NCBI GenBank assembly: GCA_965541585.1
Contig: CBEUCH010000001.1
Span: 192,001-256,000 of the forward strand
Length of the DNA: 64,000 nt
Origin: an uncultured bacterium
GTDB taxonomy: Bacteria; Zixibacteria; MSB-5A5; UBA10806
Direction of reading: 5' to 3'
Position 1 is the stretch's first letter. The number at the start of each line of letters is the position of its first letter. Of the stretch, positions 10,596 through 18,078 are shown piece by piece. Below the pieces are notes generated by a model. That model saw nothing but the letters and a program-made list of their open reading frames with translations. It searched no databases and was not told the DNA's origin. The translations under genes were made by a program, and so were the position numbers.

Positions 10596-11486
10596 ATGGA
10601 AATGGCCGATCGTGAATCGGATAAACCGCCGGGAAATTCCGATCCGGGCGATTCTACTTTTCTAAGATGGCTGAAAAAAATCTTCAGCCTTAAGAGGAAA
10701 GCAGATCTAACCTCTGAAGAAAGAGAAAAGCAGATTGAAGAAACTATAGAGCGGTTTGCCTCCCAGGTATCCTCTGAGGATAACGTTCTGGAGAAGGATG
10801 AACGCGAGATGATTCACGGCGTCCTGGAGTTGGGGGGGACCGCCGTGAAGGAGATAATGGTACCGCGCATCAATATGATAGGGATAGCTGCCGGGACGGC
10901 TCTTCATGAGGTTATCGACATCATAAAGCGATCGGGGCATTCGAGGCTCCCACTGTATGATGAGTCGCTTGACGAAATCAAGGGCATACTCTATGCAAAA
11001 GACCTTCTTTCTTACGCTCTGAGCGGAACGGATTTCAATCTGGTTACCGTTGCCCGTAAAGCTTATTTCATCCCCGAGAATCTGAAGATAGATGATCTCT
11101 TGAGGGAATTAAAAAAAAGGAGATTGCATATCGCAATCGTTGTTGACGAGTATGGTGGTACCTCCGGACTCGTAACCATGGAGGATATTATCGAAGAAAT
11201 CGTCGGCGAGATCGAGGATGAATACGATACCGAACCTCCTCCAATAATAGAGCTGTCTGCCGGCTCGTATATGGTCGACGGGCCGGTAACCATATCTGAT
11301 CTCAATGAGCAACTCGATTTAAAAATGCCGGAGGATAAGTTCGAAACTGTGGGAGGTCTGATCTACGATCTGGTCGGATCTCTGCCCGAAAAGGGGCAGG
11401 TTGTTAAATACCACAATATTAAGTTTGTGGTCCACAGGGTTGAGGGACAACGAATAGTCAAGGTCAAACTGACGGTTGAGAAATAA
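10596..11486 (+). CDS. corC: CorC/HlyC-family CBS-domain transporter-associated protein
   Basis: IMVPR, GHSRLP, AIVVDEYGGTSGLVTMEDIIEEIVGEIEDEYD, ETVGG. Confidence 0.88.
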   Translation: MEMADRESDKPPGNSDPGDSTFLRWLKKIFSLKRKADLTSEEREKQIEETIERFASQVSSEDNVLEKDEREMIHGVLELGGTAVKEIMVPRINMIGIAAGTALHEVIDIIKRSGHSRLPLYDESLDEIKGILYAKDLLSYALSGTDFNLVTVARKAYFIPENLKIDDLLRELKKRRLHIAIVVDEYGGTSGLVTMEDIIEEIVGEIEDEYDTEPPPIIELSAGSYMVDGPVTISDLNEQLDLKMPEDKFETVGGLIYDLVGSLPEKGQVVKYHNIKFVVHRVEGQRIVKVKLTVEK

Positions 11487-11540
11487 ACCAATGGAGCGAG
11501 GAGACACACCGAATTGAGTTAGCTCCACGGCATTGCCAGC

Positions 11541-12734
11541 ATGGCTGACCGGAGAGCAATCAGAGACGCCCGGCGAACACCGATATACAACCATGATTCT
11601 TCCGATATTAAGGTGATAAGCTTAGTAAACTCCGTTAAGATAGATTCATACGATTCAGAGGAATTGTCATCGTCTCTGAAGGCTTTGCTTTCGCCGCTTG
11701 GCGGTCTCAAGCAGTTCATCAAGCCGGGGATGACCGTTCTTATAAATCCCAATTTACTATCAGCCAGGACTCCGGATAAGGCTGTCACGACGCAGCCGGA
11801 ACTGGTGGCGGCAGTGGTTTCGGCATGTATTGAAATCGGAGCTAATGTCTTGATAGGAGATTCGCCTGGCGGCGTAGAGAAAGGATTAATAAAGGTCTGG
11901 GACAATACCGGCATGAGCGATGTCTCTTCGACCACCGGGGCCCGGCTTGTAGGATTTGAATCCGGCGACGTGCAGGAAGCGGCGGTGGGAAATCGCCGAT
12001 ATAATCTTTCCAGGTATGCTTTCGATGTTGACTTTATAATATCCATACCCAAGCTGAAGACCCATATTCTCACCAATTACACCGGCGCCATAAAGAATTG
12101 CTATGGTTTTATACCGGGTTTGAGAAAAGCAGATTATCATAAGAGAAATCCGGATGCGAGGTCTTTTTCTGAAGTGGTGGTTGATGTTTTTTCTCTTGTG
12201 AAGCCGGGGCTTTTCATTATGGATGGGGGCATGGTTATGGAGGGCGATGGACCGGCGTCGGGAAAACCAAGGTGGCTCGGATATCTGTTCGCATCAGCCG
12301 ATGGGGTGGCAATGGACAGTTCGGTGGTTTCAATTCTGGGGGTCGGGAAGAGGAAAATCTGGCCCACCGAGATCGCAAGCCTGAGAGGCCTTGGCTGCTC
12401 TGATCTATCATCCATTGATAGAAGAGGACCGGCTTTCGCCGCCGGCGTCATATCCGATTTCAAGATGCCATCGAACGCCTATTTGAATTTTATTCCCTCC
12501 TTTGCGGTGAAGATGCTGGAGCCTTATCTCTGGGTCCGGCCAGCTATTAACCATGCTTCCTGCACAATGTGTAATGTGTGCCTGGATAGCTGTCCGCAGA
12601 ACGTCATTTCCAAAAGGGGCGGCAGGCTGGAGTTCGAATATAATAACTGCATAAAATGCCTGTGCTGCCATGAGCTTTGCCCGAATAAATCGGTGTTTCT
12701 GGAGAAGAGTCGTCTGGCCAAGCTTATAGGTTGA
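11541..12734 (+). CDS. DUF362-domain protein with C-terminal 2x[4Fe-4S] domain (start uncertain)
   Basis: VLINPNLL, IGDSPGG, PKLKTH, TGAIKN, MEGDGP, CTMCNVCLDSCP and CIKCLCCHELCP. Confidence 0.88.
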   Translation: MADRRAIRDARRTPIYNHDSSDIKVISLVNSVKIDSYDSEELSSSLKALLSPLGGLKQFIKPGMTVLINPNLLSARTPDKAVTTQPELVAAVVSACIEIGANVLIGDSPGGVEKGLIKVWDNTGMSDVSSTTGARLVGFESGDVQEAAVGNRRYNLSRYAFDVDFIISIPKLKTHILTNYTGAIKNCYGFIPGLRKADYHKRNPDARSFSEVVVDVFSLVKPGLFIMDGGMVMEGDGPASGKPRWLGYLFASADGVAMDSSVVSILGVGKRKIWPTEIASLRGLGCSDLSSIDRRGPAFAAGVISDFKMPSNAYLNFIPSFAVKMLEPYLWVRPAINHASCTMCNVCLDSCPQNVISKRGGRLEFEYNNCIKCLCCHELCPNKSVFLEKSRLAKLIG

Positions 12735-12769
12735 GTATCCTGTTTCTATAGCCTGATTTCCATTAAATG

Positions 12770-12799
12770 AAAAGCCCCTCTCCGGATGAGGAGGGGCTT
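12770..12799 (-). terminator. intrinsic terminator between convergent genes
   Basis: AAGCCCCTC-N10-GAGGGGCTT with an A-run on the left (T-run on the minus strand). Confidence 0.7.
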
Positions 12800-12827
12800 A
12801 AGACTAAATCGTCGAACCCGAAAAAGG

Positions 12828-13310
12828 CTATGACAGATGTCTGGAAACGAGCTTGGTCATCTCGAACATGTTGACCTTGCTCCTGCCCCCGAATACTACT
12901 CTCAGAGCGGCGTCGGCGTTGATCATTCTCCTGTTGATTCTGTCCTGAAGTTTGTTTCTCTTAATGTAGTGCCAGAGCTTCTTCGTGACCTCGGTTCGTG
13001 GGATCGGCTTGCTACCGACCACTGCTGCCAGAGCTCGACTTACCGTCATCGGCCTCATAAAAGCCGGATTCGGTTTCCTTTTGGCTTTCTTTTTCTTCTT
13101 GGCCTTTTTCTTTACGGTTTTCTTCTTGGCTTTCTTCTTAGCCTTTTTCTTGGCGGTTTTTTTCTTAGCTTTCTTTTTGGTTTTCTTCTTAGTCTTTTTC
13201 TTGGCTGTTCTTTTCTTAGCTTTTTTCTTTACGGGTTTCCTCCTGGCCGTTTTCCTTTTTGCCGTCTTCTTCTTGGCTTTCTTCTTGGCCCTTTTCTTTC
13301 TCGCAGGCAT
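12828..13310 (-). CDS. SWIB/MDM2-domain protein with ~80-aa H1-like Lys/Ala-rich N-terminal tail
   Basis: C-terminal FMRP..VS..LAAVVG..PIPRTEVTKKLWHYIK.N.LQD..NRR.INAD..L..VFG...VNMFEMTKLVSRHL is the SWIB signature; SD AAAGGAGG. Confidence 0.92.
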   Translation of the reverse strand: MPARKKRAKKKAKKKTAKRKTARRKPVKKKAKKRTAKKKTKKKTKKKAKKKTAKKKAKKKAKKKTVKKKAKKKKKAKRKPNPAFMRPMTVSRALAAVVGSKPIPRTEVTKKLWHYIKRNKLQDRINRRMINADAALRVVFGGRSKVNMFEMTKLVSRHLS

Positions 13311-13429
13311 CCAAGCCTCCTTTGGATTCGTTACCGGTGGTAACGGTTTGGTTTATTTATTCAGGAAAATAATGTGCTGTCCGCGCTCTCCCTCCCTTGT
13401 ATTGCTTTTGGCTGTTTTCTCCAGAAGTG

Positions 13430-13459
13430 ATTTTAGGAGATTTTTCTTGAAAATATCAA
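13430..13459 (-). promoter_or_regulatory. sigma-70-type promoter of the SWIB gene
   Basis: Minus strand TTGATA-18 nt-TAAAAT. Confidence 0.55.
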
Positions 13460-13679
13460 CAAAAAATATCACTTTTTTTGGAGAAATGCGATTTTTTTTT
13501 GGGCCAATTTTTGAAGGTTCATCCGGGATTAATGCCGTTTTATCCTCATCTTATGACCCTCTTCCGGGCGGCTTATACGATTTATCCTGTAATATGCACC
13601 CGAGATATTCTTGTTCAGAGATTGACATTTATTTTGAGATCCTTATATTGAGGCACAATCCCCGGAAAGGAAGGTGCCT

Positions 13680-14819
13680 ATGAAGGTGAAGTACTTTACA
13701 GACATCGATAAGATATCCCAGATTCCGGAAAGCCAGAGATCGAAGCTAAGGCAGGAGGTGACGGAGCGTTTTGTATTCCGGGTAAACGATTATTATTTGT
13801 CCCTGATCGATTGGGATAATCCTGACGATCCTATTCGGAAGATCGTCATCCCCGATATGGATGAAATGGTTGCGTGGGGGACTCTCGATGCCAGCGATGA
13901 AGCCTCCAATTATGTCGTATCCGGATGTCAGCATAAGTATGCGACTACGGCTCTGATATTGGTGAACGAAGCCTGCGGGAGCTATTGCCGGTTCTGCTTC
14001 CGCAAGAGACTGTTCATTCAAGATAGCGATGAGGTTTCCAAGGACGTTTCTGCGGCTATAGAATACATCAAATCTAAACCCAATATCAGCAACGTGCTAT
14101 TAACCGGTGGAGATCCTCTGGTTTTATCTTCGAAGAAACTGGAGTCGATCCTGAGGCCCCTAAGGGCAATCAAACATGTCCAGATAATCAGAATAGGCAC
14201 CAAAATTCCGGCGTTCAATCCATTCAGAATCATTGACGATCCTGAATTACCATCGGTAATATCCCGATATAGCACCCGGCAAAAGAGAATATACTTTATG
14301 GTGCATTTCAACCATCCGCGAGAGATTACCGATAAAGCCGCACTGGCTCTCGACATATTGACCAGGTCGGGGGCGATCTTAACCAATCAGACACCTATAT
14401 TGCGAGGCATCAATCACGATCCCGAGACGCTCGCCGAGCTTATGAAGAAGCTTTCTTATATAGGTATACCGCCATACTATTTCTTCCAATGCCGCCCCAC
14501 CGCCGGCAACAAGACCTATGCGGCCCCAATAGTCGAAACCTATACTAATCTGGAACGAGCGAAATCTATGGTCAGCGGGCTTGCCAAGCGTTCCAAATAT
14601 GTCATGTCGCATGCAACCGGCAAGATCGAGATATTCGGCCTGACTGATCGGTATATCTATATGCGTTACCATCGCGCCCGCGAGGGGGAGGATGAATCTC
14701 GCATGTTGATCTGCCATAGAGACAATGACGCCTACTGGCTCGATGATCTGCGCGAGGTCGGTCAGCCGGAAGAGGAGCATGAAATCCCGCATCCCTATCG
14801 TTCTTACGGACCACAATAG
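13680..14819 (+). CDS. KamA-family radical SAM enzyme (lysine 2,3-aminomutase/EpmB-like)
   Basis: HKY, CGSYCRFCFRKR (CxxxCxxC), VLLTGGDPL, HFNHPREIT, NQTPILRGIN, PYY, PLP-lysine GKIE; SD GGAAGG; TTGACA at 13622. Confidence 0.92.
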   Translation: MKVKYFTDIDKISQIPESQRSKLRQEVTERFVFRVNDYYLSLIDWDNPDDPIRKIVIPDMDEMVAWGTLDASDEASNYVVSGCQHKYATTALILVNEACGSYCRFCFRKRLFIQDSDEVSKDVSAAIEYIKSKPNISNVLLTGGDPLVLSSKKLESILRPLRAIKHVQIIRIGTKIPAFNPFRIIDDPELPSVISRYSTRQKRIYFMVHFNHPREITDKAALALDILTRSGAILTNQTPILRGINHDPETLAELMKKLSYIGIPPYYFFQCRPTAGNKTYAAPIVETYTNLERAKSMVSGLAKRSKYVMSHATGKIEIFGLTDRYIYMRYHRAREGEDESRMLICHRDNDAYWLDDLREVGQPEEEHEIPHPYRSYGPQ

Positions 14820-14986
14820 GACACCCAATTATCTCATAATTGCCTGGAAATCCGCTCTTCGCCGGAGGGCTGTAATCTCACAAGAATTCCCTGCCGGATA
14901 GCATCTCCCCGTTTAGCATATCGTCCAGCATCTCCCATAATTCCCTTGAATCAACCTCCCGCTGAAGCTAATATTCAAGGTTGGCT

Positions 14987-15140
14987 ATGGAGACTACAAT
15001 ATCAAAGGTCAAGATCTACGATGGACTTTGCGGTCAATATGGAAGTTGTGTCCCGGTCTGTAGCTCGAAGGCTACGATTAAGAAACCCGAGCTTGCTCGG
15101 ATTAGCGCGCTATATGGTTGCCGGAAGATGTGTTCAGGTA
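14987..15140 (+). pseudogene. possible decayed 4Fe-4S ferredoxin remnant
   Basis: VKIYDGLCGQYGSCVPVCSSKAT resembles CxxCxxCxxxCPxxAI with C>Y and P>S; a second partial GCRKMC follows; the frame runs into antisense rpsT. Confidence 0.3.
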
Positions 15141-15382
15141 CTTACTTTTTTTGCGAGTTTCGATTTGATCCTGGCGGCTTTATTTGCATGGATAACCCCT
15201 TTTCGAGCGGCCCTGTCGAGCGCGCTGACGGCCGCCTTGAGACTGGCCGGCTTCTTCTCGGGATCTTTCTCGGTTTGCACAGCTTTAATAGCGCCGCGAA
15301 AGGCGGCTTTCACCGGTCGATTCCTCTGGCGGGCCTTTTCTGCAGTTTTCATCCGTTTCGCAGCCGATTTGTGTTTGGGCAA
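15134..15382 (-). CDS. rpsT: 30S ribosomal protein S20
   Basis: MPKHKSAAKR...LDRAARKGVIHANKAARIKSKL; TTG start with SD AAAGGAG. Confidence 0.97.
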   Translation of the reverse strand: MPKHKSAAKRMKTAEKARQRNRPVKAAFRGAIKAVQTEKDPEKKPASLKAAVSALDRAARKGVIHANKAARIKSKLAKKVST

Positions 15383-15439
15383 TCAGGTCTCCTTTCCCAT
15401 AAATTCAGGCGGAACCCATATATAAGCAGCTGAGATAGA

Positions 15440-17002
15440 TTGTCAACCGAAAAAAAATCCTTTCTTAAAAAAACGGGACGGTTTTCACTGGCTACCCTCA
15501 TATCCCGTATTCTGGGTCTTTTGCGAGAAGCTTCTTTTGCGTCGGTGTTTGGCGTTACAGGCGGCATGGACGCTTTTGTCGCCAGCTTTCGAATACCGAA
15601 TCTCCTCCGCGATCTTTTTGCCGAAGGTGCGCTTTCCGCCGCATATGTTCCGGTTTTCACGGACAGGCTGAAAAAGGACGGTGTGCAGAGAGCCTTTCTG
15701 ATTACATCCTCGATATTTTCAATTCTCCTGCTTGTTTTGGGGATTATAGTCGTTCTCGGTGTAGCACTGGCGCCATATTATATCCGGTATTATGTCTCGG
15801 GTTTCGATGATCCTGCCAGACTCGAACTCACCATAAAGCTGACTCGCATAATGTTTCCTTTTATCCTGCTGGTGGCGTTCGCCGCGGTGAGCATGGGGAC
15901 ATTGAATGCCCTGGGCAGGTTCGGCATCCCCGCCCTGGCACCGGCCATGTTTAATGTCATCATGATAATATCGGCGCTCTTCATATCGAAATATCTCGAA
16001 CCTCCCATAATTGCTCTGGGAATAGGAGCCGTTTTAGGAGGAGCGGGGCAGTTCGTAATCCAACTCCCGCAGCTTCTGAGATCCGGCTACAGGTTCCGAT
16101 TTCGACTCAAATTCAAAGATGAGCCGGTCAGGAAAATACTAAAGCTCATCCTTCCTGCGGCCATGGGAGTGGCCGCCTGGCAGGTTAACGTGGTGGTCGC
16201 AACCGTGATTGCCTCTTTTCTGGCTGTGGGAAGCATCTCCAGCCTATACTATGCTCTGCGTCTGGTGCATTTCCCTCTGGGCATTTTCGGGGTGGCGCTG
16301 GCAGTTGTATCGTTGCCCGAAATATCCTCACAGGTATCGTCGGGCGACATCAAAGGTGCAGGCGCGACCCAGCGATACTCGTCGAGGATGGTAATCTTCC
16401 TGTTGATGCCGTCGGCGGCGTATCTGATGGGTGCGGCGGAGGCAATCGTATCGCTGGTTTACCAGAGAGGTGGTTTCCATTGGGCGGATACGGTTGATGT
16501 CGCAATGGCTCTTCGGGCTTATGCCATAGGGCTGGTATTCTTTGGGCTGGTGCGGGTCACGGCCCAGGTATTCTATGCCTTTAAGGATACTTCCACACCG
16601 GTTAAGATATCGTTTGCGGCGGTGGGCGTTAATATTATTCTGAGCCTGCTTCTGATGGGGCCGATGAAATTCTCAGGGCTGGCGCTGGCGACATCGATTG
16701 CGGCTTTTGTGAATTTTTCGTTTCTATATTATCATTCCGGGAAAAAAGCGCCACGGCCGGATAAGTTCGGTCTGGCAAATTATTCAATAAAGATAGCTGC
16801 GGCAGCAGCCCTATCCGGTCTGGTTTCATTTGCGATCGTGAAATACTTTCAAGCGCCGGGAGGTTTCGGAGAATTCAAAATCGCACTTGTCGCAGTTTTG
16901 CTTTCGGCCGCCGGAGCCGGGCTTGTTTATCTGACAATATGCCTCGTATTCAGGATCGACGAGTTGAAACAGATAAAAAGATCTTTCTTCGGAGGGGCAT
17001 AG
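15440..17002 (+). CDS. murJ: lipid II flippase MurJ
   Basis: SRILGLLRE, DAF..SFRIPNLLRDLFAEGALSAAYVPVF, FYA.KDT.TP, GLALATS; multiple TM helices. Confidence 0.95.
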   Translation: MSTEKKSFLKKTGRFSLATLISRILGLLREASFASVFGVTGGMDAFVASFRIPNLLRDLFAEGALSAAYVPVFTDRLKKDGVQRAFLITSSIFSILLLVLGIIVVLGVALAPYYIRYYVSGFDDPARLELTIKLTRIMFPFILLVAFAAVSMGTLNALGRFGIPALAPAMFNVIMIISALFISKYLEPPIIALGIGAVLGGAGQFVIQLPQLLRSGYRFRFRLKFKDEPVRKILKLILPAAMGVAAWQVNVVVATVIASFLAVGSISSLYYALRLVHFPLGIFGVALAVVSLPEISSQVSSGDIKGAGATQRYSSRMVIFLLMPSAAYLMGAAEAIVSLVYQRGGFHWADTVDVAMALRAYAIGLVFFGLVRVTAQVFYAFKDTSTPVKISFAAVGVNIILSLLLMGPMKFSGLALATSIAAFVNFSFLYYHSGKKAPRPDKFGLANYSIKIAAAAALSGLVSFAIVKYFQAPGGFGEFKIALVAVLLSAAGAGLVYLTICLVFRIDELKQIKRSFFGGA

Positions 17003-17073
17003 ATCTCTCTCCTCCGGCCTAAGGCAAGATCAACGAGTTTTTTTAAATAGTTGTTTTGCGGGACAATAAATCG

Positions 17074-18078
17074 ATGGCCAGAATTGCGGTAATTCAGACG
17101 GCGTTCCCGGGAGATGTCGTTCTCTCAACGCCCGTGTATGAAGCTTTAAAGGGTGAATCTCCGGGTTGCGAAACCGTCGCTATGGTCAGGCCGGAGTCGA
17201 CGGCTTTGCTGAAGAACAATCCTAATATAGATAGTGTTTTGTCATTTGACAAATACGGGGCCGACAAGGGACTGTCCGGACTGATCAGGACTGCAGCCGG
17301 ATTGAAAGGCTGTGACAGGGCAATCATTATTCAGAGGCATCTACGGTCGGCGGCCCTAGCTTACCTGGCGAGAATTCCAATACGGATTGGATATAGCAGT
17401 TCAAAAGCCCGATTTCTTTATACGGATCGGATAGAATATCGAGGCGATAAACATGAAGTACAAAGATGTCTCGATCTGATCGGGATCGATGATAATGATT
17501 ACCGGTATAAGCCGAGGATCTTCTTAGACGACGGGGCTAAGAGAAAAGCTGAAGATCTCCTCGGATCTGCGGGTGTGGGGCCGGATTTTGTGGTGGTGGC
17601 TCCGGGATCAATATGGCCCACGAAACGGTATCCATATTTTCCGGGATTGATTCATCTGATCAATGAGGAGTTCAGCCTGCCGGTGGTTCTTATCGGGGGG
17701 GCATCCGACGTTCAGTTGTCGAATACGATTGCAGAATCATGCGGGAAAATACCGCACAATCTGACGGGCCAGACGGATCTTCTGGAATCGGCGGCGATAA
17801 TCTCGAGAGCCAGGCTCGCAATTGCCAACGACTCGGCGCCCGCTCATATTGCCGTCGCCGTGGATACGCCGGTCATATCTATTTTTGGCCCGACGGTACA
17901 GGGATTTGGGTTTTCGCCCTATTCGGAAAAATCATCTGTAGTAGAAATAGGCGAACTCTACTGCCGTCCTTGCAATACTCACGGTTCCGCCCGTTGCCCG
18001 CAGAAACATTTCAGGTGTATGCTGGAATTGCAGCCGGCGAAAATAATAGAGGCCGCAAAGTTATTGCTCAGGGGATGA
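17074..18078 (+). CDS. GT9 glycosyltransferase (WaaF-like LPS heptosyltransferase)
   Basis: QTAFPGDVVLSTP, APGSIWPTKR, LTGQTDL, NDSAPAHIA...TPVISIFGPT, CRPC...CP..HFRCM. Confidence 0.88.
   Translation: MARIAVIQTAFPGDVVLSTPVYEALKGESPGCETVAMVRPESTALLKNNPNIDSVLSFDKYGADKGLSGLIRTAAGLKGCDRAIIIQRHLRSAALAYLARIPIRIGYSSSKARFLYTDRIEYRGDKHEVQRCLDLIGIDDNDYRYKPRIFLDDGAKRKAEDLLGSAGVGPDFVVVAPGSIWPTKRYPYFPGLIHLINEEFSLPVVLIGGASDVQLSNTIAESCGKIPHNLTGQTDLLESAAIISRARLAIANDSAPAHIAVAVDTPVISIFGPTVQGFGFSPYSEKSSVVEIGELYCRPCNTHGSARCPQKHFRCMLELQPAKIIEAAKLLLRG

Noticed and set aside
12837..13683. Plus-strand Phe/Leu-rich ORFs of 168 and 232 aa
   Set aside because: Antisense shadows of the SWIB-H1 gene
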